Shown: positions 25,185 to 40,752 of the stretch, in pieces | Numbering within the stretch: position 1 is the first letter of the stretch | Layout: the number at the start of each line of letters is the position of its first letter | Notes under the pieces: model-generated | What the model was told of the DNA's origin: nothing | The model's input: the letters and a program-made list of their open reading frames with translations, nothing else | Database searches by the model: none | Program-made: the position numbers and the translations under genes | DNA from: Octopus vulgaris | Lineage: Eukaryota | Direction of reading: 5' to 3' | DNA: 64,000 nt | NCBI GenBank assembly: GCA_951406725.2 | Contig: OX597831.1 | Span: 4,898,001-4,962,000 of the forward strand

Positions 25185-26040
25185 TAGATGCAATTTACAG
25201 ATAGGTTGAGGACAATAATATGCAGTTTAATGATGGAAAATTTCAAGCCCTGCACTACCAGAACCCAAAATTGAACGAAAAAGCATACACAGTACACTGG
25301 TCTAGTGGGGATTACAATCCCAAGCCCAAAATCAGTGCGTGACCTGGGTATCGACTTGAGTGATGATACCTCTTTCCAAGTGCACATTACCAAGATGACG
25401 ACAACGTGCAAACGGCTGGATGGATCCTGAGAACCTTCAGAACCAGAGATGGTCCTCTGGAGGACATTCGTTATCAGCTGCTCCCAAAAATGGTCCCCCA
25501 CAGTGTACAATTAACAGCGGATCTTGAAGCATACCAACAAAAAAGATCGTCTCATTGCAACAGCTCAGCTACTGGGAATGGCTGAAACAGCCAAGGCACC
25601 ACTCCCTGGACCAAAGGCGGGAGAGATATACAGTAATATACATCTGGAAGGGATTGTACCAAATTTTGGCATTGAAAGCTACGCTGGTCGCCACTACACA
25701 GGGCAAAAGATCCCAACACTGCCGTCACGTTTCAGGACCAGTTACTGTAACAGCATGGGCTTCAAGGTGCCACAGCTTTTTAATATTCTCTCAAAGAGCT
25801 TGAGGGACCTACACAACGTAGATGTAGGTGTTTTCAAAACAAAACTGGATCTTTTCCTGTCGGGAGTCCCAGATGAACTTACCTTGCAGCAGGAGGGGTA
25901 AATGAGGGTAGCGACATCAAACTCCCTTATTCACCAAATGCCACATATCAGAGGAGGCTCTCAATAAGAACAGTGTAGCAAAACGGCGGTGCACCAACAT
26001 GACCGAAGCTTTGAGCTGAAACTGTTAAAAGATAAAAGAT
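25185..26040 (+). mobile_element. CR1-group LINE (family L) 3' fragment, degraded RT C-terminal region
   Basis: Frameshifted motifs LDAIYR*VEDNNMQFNDGKFQALHY, RDLGIDLSDDTSFQVHITK, WILRTFRTRD, SYWEWLKQ...RRERYTVIYIWK and FRTSYCNSMGFKVPQLFNILSKSLRDLHNVDVGVFKTKLDLFL. Tail ggcggtgcaccaacatgaccgaagc...ctgaaactgttaaaagataaaagat. Confidence 0.85.
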
Positions 26041-26513
26041 ATGTATATATATATATACATATATATATCTATATATATATACATACACACACACACCACA
26101 TCCTCACACATATATATATATGTATATATATGTTTATATATATATATAAATATCAAAAGCATGTGTTATAATACTATTTCACTGCCATACCAACGATCCA
26201 ATATACCTCCATCATCAGCTGCCCCACGGATATCATTATGCTTTTGACACCTGGACAGTACCATCCAATCCGGTGGTGTCAACAGCACTAAAATAAGTGT
26301 TGCTTGGAATAAACAAACCAAAGAAACCACAACTTTCAAACGCATTTACCCTACGTACAACAGTATCGGTAAATAAATTCAATACGTAAATCTATAACCA
26401 ACTCCTAAATACGTAACTAAACAGCAACTAATCCTTTAATGTATGTATTTATGTATGTATGTATGTATATAACTATATATATATATATATGTATATATAT
26501 ATTTATATAGGTA

Positions 26514-26617
<104 letters not shown>

Positions 26618-26657
26618 TATGTATATACATATATATATATATATGTGTGTGTGTGTG

Positions 26658-26689
<32 letters not shown>

Positions 26690-26789
26690 GGTATGCATAT
26701 ATATATATATATATATATGCTTTCGTTATTTTTTCCTTCTGTTTTACAAATGTGAATTATATGAATATGTTGTATGTGAAGTCTTATTT

Positions 26790-27006
26790 GTAGAAAATAG
26801 AAATAAACAGTCTTTGACTGCTATTTCTAAATTATCGGTATGTGGCTAAGCAACCTGTTGCCTGCCCCTTTTTATCTATATACAAATATATATAGAACTT
26901 TTTTTTAAAAAAGTTCCTACCGATAATGGTTATATTTACATACCGAAATCTACCCGTAATTAATTGTTGGTTTTTTTTTAAAACTATTAATTGTTTACCC
27001 TTATAT

Positions 27007-27010
<4 letters not shown>
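26790..27010. repeat. Diverged single-arm copy of the element that forms the 17181-17402 palindrome
   Basis: atagaaataa.ca.tctttgactgctatttct...tcggtatgtggctaagcaacctg..gcctg.ccctttt...gaactt...aagttcct.ccg.taat.g.tatatttacataccgaa.tctacc.gtaa matches the reverse complement of about 17060-17280. Confidence 0.75.
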
Positions 27011-27097
<87 letters not shown>

Positions 27098-27509
27098 GTA
27101 TGTATATATATGTATATATATATATGTGTGTGTGTGTGTATATATAATAAATCTCTGAGTGAAGTATATGTGTATATAATTAATTACTTAATCCTATCGA
27201 CAAACATGTAAATAGAAATATTTCACGAAAGTAATTTCTATAAAAATTATTTCTACAGACTGCTGAATTTAACTAAATTATTTACCTCCGACTGAACCCC
27301 AACAAAGAAAGAAACCTTACCCTACACTTTAAATGTCGAAGTAAATATAGCATAAAGAATTGAATGCCTAGCCCTTGTTGATGCGCACTTCCTGTTAAAT
27401 CACTGTTAAAGCAAGTTATTTAGTCAAAATTCAGTCAAGGTCAGCTACAAGTGCACAGACAACATAGAAATTATTTTATGTAAGCTGCCTACAAATTCTA
27501 AGCAGATAT

Positions 27510-27890
27510 GATAAGGTGCAATGAAATATAATGGATCATGCTACATCAAACAGAACTACTGTAAGCAAAACAAAAAAGAAAATCATTAATACATCCTCTA
27601 AAGTAAGCTCAATAATTATTATAGTAATAATACTATACAAGAGTGGTTGAAGTAAACTTAAAATGCTCTTGCAAAAACCATCTTTTTTGTATCTGAGAAA
27701 AGAGAAATGCTACACTCCTTTCAAACAATATATGGAAACTAAAAGACAAACGTATGAACAAATTAAACATCTTTTAAGCTATTATCAAGCAAAACGAGCT
27801 ATGCACTAATGATTCAAATATTTTGAAATAAACTGCAGAACTGCTCACCAGGTGCCAACATATCAACAAATTCCTTGTAGATAATATTTT
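27510..27890 (+). pseudogene. Degenerate Penelope-like element GIY-YIG endonuclease C-terminal relic
   Basis: Broken frames give EKRNATLLSNNIWKLKDK (from 27697) and AELLTRCQHINKFLVDN, resembling recalled PLE motifs (..NST.LS.YIW.LK.K and SEL..KCRH.NKFLL.N). Multiple stops and frameshifts. Confidence 0.5.
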
Positions 27891-28364
27891 ACTCAACGTT
27901 GGAACCTCTTGAAATTCATAATACTCTTTTGTCATATATATATATATATCTTGCAGATGTGTGTGCTTGTGTGTGTATGTGAGTGTGCGTGTCTATTGAA
28001 TCGAGTCTCCTGCGAGTCAACACGGGATCCCTTGACAAATTTTAACTTGCTTTGATTCGGGTGTCTTTGCCAGCAGATTAGCACTCGTGTGGATAATTTA
28101 CTGCGTCGGAGATTCTGCCAGCAACGAAACGTATGTAGCCTAGATTTTATCTGCTCCATTCCCCAATTTTCGAGTTCTATTCGCATATACAATAACCCCT
28201 GATGCTAACAATTTTTCCAGATTATCGAACTACCATACGTGAAAAATTTACAAACTTTAATCCACAATTGCTCCTGAAACTTACTTTTCCATGCCTTCTA
28301 CGGACTGCTCGAAACTTATTACCTTCCTACACCGTGATCCTTGGATCATATATATATATATATA

Positions 28365-28580
28365 ATTTTACTCTTTTATTCTTTTACTTGTTTCTGTCAC
28401 TTGACTACGGCCATGCTGGAGCACCGCCCTCAGTCGAGCAAATCGACCCCAGGACTTATTCTTTGTAAGCCTAGTGCTTATTCTATCGGTCCGTCTTGCC
28501 GAAATGCTATGTTACGCGGATGTAAGCACTCCAACATCGGTTGTCAAGGGATAGTGGGGAAACAAACACAGACACACAAA
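28365..28580 (-). mobile_element. SINE family A, 3' half
   Basis: Reverse-complement match. Confidence 0.8.
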
Positions 28581-28600
28581 TGCATACATACATACATACC

Positions 28601-28646
<46 letters not shown>

Positions 28647-28790
28647 CATATATACATACGTATATGTGTGCCTGTGTTTATCTATGTGCATATGTATGCA
28701 TAAACAGATGTATGCCTGTATATGTATATACACACATGTAAGCACGCATAAGCATGTATATATACATACATGCATATACATTTATATATA

Positions 28791-28922
<132 letters not shown>

Positions 28923-29205
28923 TCAAAATAAGGGTAAAAAAATTGGATATTAATAAATAACATCAATTTAAACACCAAGTGGCCTAGCGTATAAAAGACT
29001 GGGATTCAATAAATATTATTAATACAGAACTATAAGAGAGAAACAATTGTATGGGGTTAATCTATATTTTCGTTATTTTTCATTTGTCCTGCTCGCTTAC
29101 GCTCTTGGTGTGTTGAATTAATTCTTGAGAACAATTCTTAGTGGTGGATTCCCTTTGCGGATCTATATCTAGAGTTAGAGCGTCCACATAGTGGATTCTC
29201 TCTTA

Positions 29206-29306
<101 letters not shown>

Positions 29307-29309
29307 CTA

Positions 29310-29341
<32 letters not shown>

Positions 29342-29349
29342 CGTATATA

Positions 29350-29480
<131 letters not shown>

Positions 29481-29697
29481 TTGCTATGATGCAAAAGTTT
29501 CGTAAGTCAAAAACATTGCTTTTTCTGAAAACCTAGTTTCACCATTCCATAGCAAGACCGCTGTACTATAGTTTGACAATTTTTCATGTCTTGGCATCTG
29601 AAGCAGCTGGAGATACGATATTTTAACCAAAAAAACCGGCTATTGCAAGCAAAAATATATATTTAAAAAAACGCATTTGGCCATATCTGGTTATACG

Positions 29698-29777
<80 letters not shown>

Positions 29778-29947
29778 GTCTTTTCATCTCTCTGTCTCTC
29801 TATCTATCTATCTATCTATCTTTTTATCTTTCTGTCTCTCTATCTATCTATCTATCTTTCCATCTATCTATCTTTCTATCTCTCTCTCTATATATATATA
29901 ATATAATACAATATAATGCAATATAATATAATATAATATATATTATA

Positions 29948-29997
<50 letters not shown>

Positions 29998-30152
29998 TTA
30001 CTCATTAAAATACTAGACATGTAACCAATATTTTAGGACGGTATGTGTTATTAATATCACTGAACAGAGATTAACTTTATTTAATTGATAGGGCGGGTTG
30101 GGTGGTGCAAGATATTTGGGGTTACAGAAATTTGTGTATATGTTTGTATATA

Positions 30153-30245
<93 letters not shown>

Positions 30246-30314
30246 CATATATATTTATATACACACATACACATATACATATATAAATTTGTACACATGC
30301 ACACATATATATAT

Positions 30315-30355
<41 letters not shown>

Positions 30356-30367
30356 TATGCGTGCATG

Positions 30368-30403
<36 letters not shown>

Positions 30404-30702
30404 TATATACATATATAGATTACATATGGTTTATTTCGTTTGTAATTTAGTGTTATGATATGATGAGGGATTAAGCATAAACCTCACCTCTTCCCTCTCT
30501 TCCTCATCCCCCATTCTCAATCACCACCATCACAACTGTTCCTGCTATTCTGTAGACTGTAAAGACCGCCAAACAGGAATCGACGTATCAAAGTTCCAGT
30601 CAAGTACTAGAATTCCTCGTTACGGGAGTCTATAAATTAAGTACCAGTGAAACACTGGGGCTGGCGTGCTCGACTCATCCCCTCACTCAAAATAGCTGTC
30701 CT

Positions 30703-30710
30703 TATTATTA

Positions 30711-30802
<92 letters not shown>

Positions 30803-30935
30803 ATTATTATTGTTGTTGTTGTTATTATTATTATTATTATTATTATCATCATTATTATTATTATTAATATTATTTTTATTATTATTAATATTATTTTTAT
30901 TATTATTAATATTATTATTATTATTATTATTATTA

Positions 30936-30987
<52 letters not shown>

Positions 30988-31209
30988 TACTACTACTACT
31001 ACTATATCATATTCTTATCGAGGTCGACTTTGCTTTTCATCATTTCGAGGTCGATAAATTAAGTACCAGTCGAGTACTGGATCGGTGTAATCTTCTGTTC
31101 CCCTCCACCAATTTTCATATCTTGTGCCTATAGCAGAAATGCTTATTATTATTACTATTAATATTATTACTATCATCATTATTATTGTTGTTGTTGTTGT
31201 TGTTTTTTG

Positions 31210-31296
<87 letters not shown>

Positions 31297-31300
31297 TTAT
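30703..31300. repeat. (ATT)n arrays interleaved with a SINE family B fragment (about 31018-31140)
   Basis: Read directly. Confidence 0.85.
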
Positions 31301-31308
31301 TGTTGTTT

Positions 31309-31525
31309 AGGCAGTGAGCTGGTAGAATAGTTAGCACATCAGGCAAAATGCTTAGCGGCATTTCGTCCCGTCTTTATTTTCTCAGTTCAAATTCCACCGA
31401 AGTCGACTTTACCTTTCATCCATTAGGAGTCGATAAAATAAGTACCAGATACGCCCCTCGGGTCGATGTAATCGATCAGCCCTAACTCCCAAAATTTCAG
31501 GGCCTTGTCCCTTGTAGTAGAATTA
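31309..31525 (+). mobile_element. SINE family B (tail variant 2)
   Basis: ggcagtgagctggtagaatagttagcacatcaggcaaaatgcttagcggcatttcg...ggccttgtcccttgtagtagaa. Confidence 0.8.
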
Positions 31526-31700
31526 ATTATTATGCACATCTGAAGCAGAACAGTTGGGAATATTAAATAATACACCGTTAGAATTGTATTCATTATTTAT
31601 ATACATTCTCTCAGCTGTATTTACGCCCTTAACTTTTTGCACTCTCGGACACGACCCTATCCGTTATATAAACCCTCTTCACTATATCCTGTCATTCATA

Positions 31701-31905
31701 GGCGCAGGAGTGGCTGTATGGTAAGTAGCTTGTTTACCAACCACATGGTTCCGAGTTCAGTTCTACTGAGTGGCACCTTAGGCAAGTGTATTCCACCAAA
31801 GCCTTGTGAGTGGATTTGGAAGGTGGAAACTGAAAGAAGCTCGTCGTATACATACACACACACACTCATATATACGACGAGCTTCTTTCAGTTTCCGCCT
31901 ACTAG

Positions 31906-31954
<49 letters not shown>

Positions 31955-32185
31955 TGCGTGCGTGTTTGTATCTGTGTCTGTGTTTGTCCTTCCAGCATCG
32001 CTTGGCAACCGATGTTGGTGTGTTCACGTCCCTGTAACATTAGCGGTTCGGCAAAAGAGCCCGATAGCATATGTACTAGTCTTACAAAGAGTAAGTCTTG
32101 TGAGGGGCTGGGTCGAATTGCTGGTTTAAGAGCGGTGTTCCAGCATGGCCGCAGTCAAGTGACTGAAACAAATAAGAGAATAAAT
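31701..32185 (+). mobile_element. SINE family A (rearranged, with a short internal inversion at about 31870-31900)
   Basis: Starts ggcgcaggagtggctg and ends ...gactgaaacaaataagag. Contains ggaaactgaaagaagctcgtcgtata and its reverse complement tatacgacgagcttctttcagtttcc. Confidence 0.8.
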
Positions 32186-32247
32186 GAATATATGTATATG
32201 TGTGTGCGTGTGTCTTTGTATGTATGCGTATGTATGTATGATGGATG

Positions 32248-32287
<40 letters not shown>

Positions 32288-32376
32288 CTCTTTACTCTTT
32301 TACTTTTTTACTTGTTTCAGTCATCCGACTGCGGCCATGCTGGAGCACCGCCTTTAATCGAGCAACTCGATTATAT

Positions 32377-32465
<89 letters not shown>

Positions 32466-32879
32466 ATATATATATATGTATGTATATATATATATAAATA
32501 TAACTATATATATAACTATATATATATAACTATATATATATTTATATATATATACATATATATATATATGTAACTATATGCACTCTCTGCACCATACACA
32601 TCTCTTTAACTTTATATACACCATATTTACTATATAGAGTTGAGATGACTCTCAGCTATATACATATGTCAGAAATTATATACATCATGCTAACTATATA
32701 TATACCCTATTAATTGTATATAAATATATATATATATAACCTTTCGCTTTGCTCCACAATCAGAATCGTATTAGTTTGTTTGTCGGCGTAGACTTCTGTC
32801 TTTTCCTGTGCAGAGTTCAAGCGTCCCCGACGTCGATTTTGTCTTGTATTCTTCGAGGTTCCGTAAAATTAAGTTTTAG

Positions 32880-33030
32880 TTAGTGGTGGTGGTGGTGGTG
32901 GTGGTGGTGGTGGTGGTGGTGGTGGAGCAGAAGAAAGAAGAGGAAGGAGAAGACCGTGACGACGACGATAGAGATATTATAGAAGAATGAACGAAGGAGA
33001 GAAGAATAAGGAAGGAAAAATATGAAGATA

Positions 33031-33066
<36 letters not shown>

Positions 33067-33177
33067 TATATATATATGTAAAAGGAGGAGAGGGAGGAGG
33101 TATAAGTGAGATAGGAAAAGAGCGAGGGAGGAGTTAAATGGAAGAGAACAGCAGAGAGGAAGTGGCTAATAGTTGTG

Positions 33178-33219
<42 letters not shown>

Positions 33220-34111
33220 ACAGTAATAGCTGTAGTGGCAGCAGTAGTAGTGAGGGCAGCAGCAGCAGCAGCAGTCCGTCTGGCTTGTACTTTCTGTAAG
33301 TGTGTGTTTGTAAGCGACTTGCCCTCCTCTCTGTCAGAGTGGCCAGCACCGAGAGGGAGAGACAGAGAGAGAGAGAGAGAGAGTGAGAGAGAGGGAGAGA
33401 GGGAGAGAGTGAGAGAGGTTTGCCAGTCAGTTGAGGTTTTTACATTGAAAGTTTGCTCCACAGGCCTCTCTCACTGAAGAATAACATCCAACTTATACAC
33501 ATTGATATACACACACATATCTATCTATATATGTGTGTGTGTGTGTGAGTGTGTATGTGTACATATATACGTGTGTATAGATATATATGTAGATAGAGAT
33601 ATATATTGTATATATATATAGTTATATAGATATTTACAGAGCTACATATATATATTGTGTATATAGGAGAACACGTTCACCAAACGGATTATAAATCAGA
33701 GGATATATATATATACATACACATACATATATATACATATATATATATATATACATATGTATATGGTGGTTCTAAGGAGAAAGAGAAAGTGGATATGTGT
33801 ATATGCATGTGTAAGTATGTATGAGTCTAAAAGAAAGTGTGTGATCGGGTGAGGGGCTTTAAAAAAAAAGAAAACAGAAAAGAGAGATTTTGAGCGTGTG
33901 TATGTATGATTTTGGATGTGTGTGTACGCGCGCGACTGAGCGCAACCCTTCCTTGCTTGTGGTGTTATAGCGATCGGCAAGTTTCGTGTTTGATATATTC
34001 TGTGAGGTAGGCAGACCCTTAAACGTCTGTCCCCTATCTGTAGGCAGCATCACGGCCACTTCTTCAGAGAACTCTTCGCCAGCAACAACGGCTGATTACC
34101 ACAGCTTCAGT
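32880..34111 (+). promoter_or_regulatory. Putative Nkx6 promoter / 5' UTR region
   Basis: Lies immediately upstream of the ATG. Contains purine-rich (GGT)n, (GTA)n, (GCA)n and (GA)n tracts, unique islands at about 33270-33360 and 33410-33490, and a small CpG cluster tacgcgcgcg near 33925. The TSS cannot be determined from sequence. Confidence 0.4.
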
Positions 34112-34577
34112 ATGCTGGATTACTGCTCAAACGAATCGAACTCACCTGGTTACCAGCAAAATCCGAGCCCGACAACGATGGCTTCTCTGCTAAATATGAA
34201 CATGAATGTTAATATGGAAACTAGCCGACAGACGGCGTTCGTGTTGAGTAACCCGCCGCTAGCGGCGCTACACAATATGACAGAGATGAAAATACCCACA
34301 TCCACAATGCTAGCACAAACTGGTTACCCACAGACATCGCTAAAACAATTGCAAGGACTTTTTGCCTCACAATCAACGCCGCACGGTATAAACGATATTT
34401 TAGGAAGACCTGCCAATACCACTACAAACACAGCTTTTGGAGTACCTCGACTGAACACAACGGCCGCAACAGGCATGTATTTCACACCACAGACAAGGTT
34501 CCCTAAACTTGCTGAGTTACCCGGCAGGCAGCCGATATACTGGCCCGGGGTACTACCGGGCTCCTGGCGACCGCAAG
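34112..34577 (+). CDS. Nkx6: Nkx6-family homeobox transcription factor, first coding exon (155 codons + 1 nt, phase-1 intron follows)
   Basis: The translation contains METSRQTAFVLSNPPLAALHNMTEMK (cf. vertebrate Nkx6.1 [26 protein letters not shown]), the TN/eh1 motif TPHGINDILG (34376-34405) and FPKLAELPGRQPIYWPGVL (cf. FPKPLAELPGRTPIFWPGV). There is an in-frame TAG upstream at 33968 and the first ATG is at 34112; alternative ATGs lie at 34178 and 34214. A canonical donor CAAG|GTAAGT is at 34577/34578. Confidence 0.92.
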
Positions 34578-34769
34578 GTAAGTTCTCTATAGCTTTTATC
34601 GTGAAGGGCCCTCGTTTATATATAAACTCGTGCATACGCAAACGCACGCAGACACTCACACGCGCTGATCCTTCAACACACAAACACACACACGTTTACA
34701 TGTAAACATATAAATGCACACTCACGTATATACATATTATGTATAAACATATATATATATATATATATT

Positions 34770-34827
<58 letters not shown>

Positions 34828-35404
34828 CACATATTTTTAATGTTTTTCTTCGTTACATCCACGCGGCTGTGGTCATGCTGGAGCGCGTAATACCAATAAT
34901 AAAATTCATATATGTATAATTCAACCACGCACACACACAAACATTCATGTACATATGAACATCAAGATGATTGTATGTATATGTGTGCATATATATGTTT
35001 AAGTGTGTGCAAATATATATATTAGCTATATCTATAAATGTATACAGACGGATACGTGTGTCTATGACAATGTGTGTGTGTCCGTGAGTAAATAACTGTA
35101 TGTATATTTGCTTACAGGAATGTGTATATGTGTATGTGTGTATGTTTGTGTGTGTATGTTTCTGTGTGTATGCTTGTGTATTTTTGTCTGTGCTTGCGAA
35201 TATATATATATGTACTTACACACACACATACGTATGTATATATCTATCTATCTATCTATCTATATATCTATCGATATATACATATATATACATATGTATA
35301 TATATAAGGATGTGCGTGTGTGAATGTGTATATTTATGTCAACAATAATGGAATATAAGATAAACATAAAAAAAACTAGGTTAGAAAGAATTATAAATGC
35401 ATAA

Positions 35405-35443
<39 letters not shown>

Positions 35444-35558
35444 TATAGATATTTATAAACATATACATATGCACACACAGATACATCCATACATATACAC
35501 ATGTATATAAATATACATCCGCACACACACAACATGCATACATAAACACACACACACG

Positions 35559-35589
<31 letters not shown>

Positions 35590-35762
35590 ACGCATGTAAA
35601 TATAATTGTAAATATACACATATGCACATATTTACGATAGTGACGAAGAAGAAAATGTGTGTTTATCTAAACTGTATTGGTGTAGATAAATAATTCCTTA
35701 TAACATTATTTGAGTGCACTACGATAACACGTATATGTATGTGTGTGTGTGTATGTGTGTGT

Positions 35763-35800
<38 letters not shown>

Positions 35801-35977
35801 GTGTGTGTGTATTCGAAGTTAATGACGGGGGTTGTTAGTACATAGAAGATAAATGCAACTCAAAACATGAGTTTATATATATATACATCTTATTGTAAAT
35901 CCGCAGAAATTACAAAAACTGACCCAAAAAACACTGAGTTCCTTCAGTCAGTTTGTAACTTCTGCCGATTCAAATCA

Positions 35978-36018
<41 letters not shown>

Positions 36019-36101
36019 ACACACGTATATGCACAAACACACACACATACACGTATATGCACAAATACAAATATGTGTGGGTTTGTGTGTGTATGTGTAT
36101 G

Positions 36102-36172
<71 letters not shown>

Positions 36173-36229
36173 GGATAGATAGACAGATGGATAGATAGAT
36201 AGATCGATAGATAGATAGATAGATCGATG

Positions 36230-36282
<53 letters not shown>

Positions 36283-36446
36283 GTAGATAGATAGATAGAT
36301 AGATTTGTACCGATGCATGTACTTATATATGTATGTAAGTTCATGCGTAATCATGCAAATATACATATATATTTATATATATGTATATATACACACATAT
36401 ATGAAGATACAAATGCACACAGACACACACGCACACGCGTATACAT

Positions 36447-36480
<34 letters not shown>

Positions 36481-36860
36481 ATATTATATATGTATATCTG
36501 TGTGTATATGGATTCGTAATTAACTGACTTTGACATCGAAGTTTCGACGGAAGTTGGCATCGTCAGAATAATGCCACCGACACGCAGCAGAGTTTCGAAG
36601 TCACTGTTATTATAATTCCTATATCAAGGCAATAAGTTTATGTTTTGAGTAAATTTTAAGTTTGAATTTTATTTTGTGTCAAAAATCAACTTATATACCA
36701 GATATCGGAAAGAAATTAACAATATATAGTCATGTAGCTAGAATTTACATATATAAAGGCCTATATATTAAATGGCCTCAGTAGTACATCTCATACAGGA
36801 CTCAGTAGAAAATTTAGGATATAAATTATACATATATGTGTTTGAATGTATAATCATATA

Positions 36861-36946
<86 letters not shown>

Positions 36947-37081
36947 ATATGTGTGTGTGTGTGCGTGAATCTGTGTATGTTGTATATACATATATGTGTA
37001 TATATATGTATATATATATATACATATATGAATATACATATATACATACGAAACGTCTCAGTGATCAACTAATATATATAG

Positions 37082-37128
<47 letters not shown>

Positions 37129-37139
37129 TAGAAAAAGTA

Positions 37140-37173
<34 letters not shown>

Positions 37174-37462
37174 GCATACATATATATATATATATATATA
37201 CATGCATACATATATACTTACACATGTATGTGTAATGTGTGTGTGTATGCATGAGTCTATGTATGTAGGAATATATGTATATATGTAAGGTTAGATGGAC
37301 TGATGGATATTTATCTCAAAGGAAAGTTTGACAGCTGCATATAAGTATAGCGAAATGTATTGATTCTCCAGAGAAAGTTTAACACTCTTTGAGTGTGTGT
37401 GTGTGAGTGTCTGTCTCTTGCATACGAAGAATATATATATATATATATATATACAAAATACA

Positions 37463-37524
<62 letters not shown>

Positions 37525-37682
37525 AAAATATAAATATATATATAATATATATACAAATATATATTTACGTATATATTATGTACATATATCGTATGAATAT
37601 ACATAACACATATCTTCACATTTTTAATTGTGCATTTATTTTGTATGCATAAGCCATATGCTGATAGGCATATGTGTTTATA

Positions 37683-37713
<31 letters not shown>

Positions 37714-37847
37714 TTTTATAATGATATTTCTGTGTGTGTGAGTGTATATTGAAGATTGGAGGCTTCGAATGACCCGTTCGTTTTTTATGTTGTCTATTTG
37801 AATGTTTTGCGTTCTTGTCCCATTTTGTATTTTTATATATATTTTTT

Positions 37848-37971
<124 letters not shown>

Positions 37972-38052
37972 CATTATTAAAACATATATATACATATATA
38001 TATATATACATACATATATATATAGCATTATTAAATATATATATATATGTAC

Positions 38053-38110
<58 letters not shown>

Positions 38111-38143
38111 ATATGCATATATACATACATATATGTACATACC

Positions 38144-38207
<64 letters not shown>

Positions 38208-38258
38208 CATGCATATATGGGTTCAGGACATCAAAAGAACGTTGAACACAATGAGAAA

Positions 38259-38308
<50 letters not shown>

Positions 38309-38403
38309 CATATAAATGTATGTATGTATGTATATGTATATATAAACACTTATAAATATATGTGTACTTACATATATATACACATACACACACACATATC
38401 TAT

Positions 38404-38452
<49 letters not shown>

Positions 38453-38768
38453 CATATATATATATGCACATATACATATAAATCATGATATATATTAATA
38501 TAAAAATAAATATAAATAATCTAATCATCTACACACAAAACAAAAACACATGCTCGCCCTCATCCACCTATGCGAAAGTAAGCAATAAACAGTTCTGCTA
38601 TCTACCTGTGTGAAAGACTAATCTAAAATCATGACATTTATAGGGATAATGCTGAGGGTGGATTAAATATTTTATCATATATCACCATATATGGGACAGT
38701 TATACACATCAAAACGGTCCGTAGGGACTGAAACAAGATATGTAATTTATATATATATATATATATAA

Positions 38769-38846
<78 letters not shown>

Positions 38847-39311
38847 ATACAAACACACAAATATTTATATATATATATGCATATGCGTGTATATATATAA
38901 ATATATGCATATGCGTATATATATATAAATGTGTGTGTGTGTGTATGTGTATATATATACATATGTATATAGATATATGTGTATTTAAATATATATGTAT
39001 ATACATATGTGTGTGTGTGTTTACGTATGTATGTGTATATATAAGTATACAAATATATAGACATATATATATATACATATACATTCATGTATATATACAT
39101 ATAGATTGATAGAGAGATATGTGTGCATATATATATAGATATATATATATATATATGTATGTATATATGTGTATATATATGCGTAAATAAGTGTGTATAT
39201 ATATGTATACATATACATACACACATGCATACATATATGCAAATACACATAGATATATATATATATACATAATACATACATATATACAAATATACATATA
39301 CATACATACAG

Positions 39312-39377
<66 letters not shown>

Positions 39378-39810
39378 TCACACATGCGTGCATAGTTATT
39401 TTTATGCATTTATTCATAAGTATGTTCAGCTGTGGGTATATATTTATACTAACACGTATTTATTTATGCGTATATAAATATTTATATGCATATGTATTAT
39501 ATTAATGTCTCATATAAAAATACGTATGTTTGAGAGTACATATATTTATTGTATATATAAAAGAATGTATATACGTTTATGTATATTTATATGCATTGAT
39601 ATATATTTTATATATCATTTTGGCATATATATTTACATATATACTGTATATGTATTTTGTGTATCTTATGTGCATATAAATATTTATATATACTTACATA
39701 CTTGAATATAAGAATTAATGTATATATGAGACTGTACATGTAAGTACACATGCTATATAATTATATATATATCTTTGAGTATATTTATGTATTTAAATAT
39801 TCTCTTATAA

Positions 39811-39902
<92 letters not shown>

Positions 39903-40082
39903 CGTTATTACATATATTCAGGTAAGCTTATTTATTAGTGCACATACTGGCTTTGGCATGCACTTATATATATATATACGTTTATATATTTATCGGCTAA
40001 ACTGGCAAAATGTCCATTCCGAAATATAACAATATATATATATTTATATATATATATATAATACATATATATACATATATAT

Positions 40083-40144
<62 letters not shown>

Positions 40145-40214
40145 ATATATGTATATATATGTATGTATATATATATTTATATATATACATATATACATAT
40201 ATATACATATATAT

Positions 40215-40261
<47 letters not shown>

Positions 40262-40720
40262 CATATATAAATACAGATATATATATATATATGTACGTGT
40301 GTAGTGCATATATATATATATATATATTATATATGATGATACACACCCTGACCGCATTCTCAATCTGTAAATAAGTAAATGATAAAAACAAATCTTAAAA
40401 GATAATAAGTAAAAGACAAAACTTATAAATATTTGCACGAAGACATAAATATGTATTTCTTAAATTACGTTCCACTATTTCGAGAATTTCAAATTTAAGA
40501 ATGACGTCGAGGCTTTCAATGATGCGATGACTTGAAGATGACAGAGAAAAATTTATTTGAATGTTTCGTTTGACAGAAACTTAAAACCGTCAGACGCAAA
40601 AACGATGGGTTATGTGTGTATGTATGTATGTATGTATGCATGTACATATATCTATCTATATACATATATATATACACGTATATATATACTTATATATATA
40701 TATATATATATATATATTCT

Positions 40721-40752
<32 letters not shown>

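Noticed and set aside
33986-34705. Full 239-aa ORF as a single-exon protein
   Set aside because: It starts at a GTG and reads through a strong GTAAGT donor at 34578. Nkx6 similarity ends at the donor and the ORF has no homeodomain.
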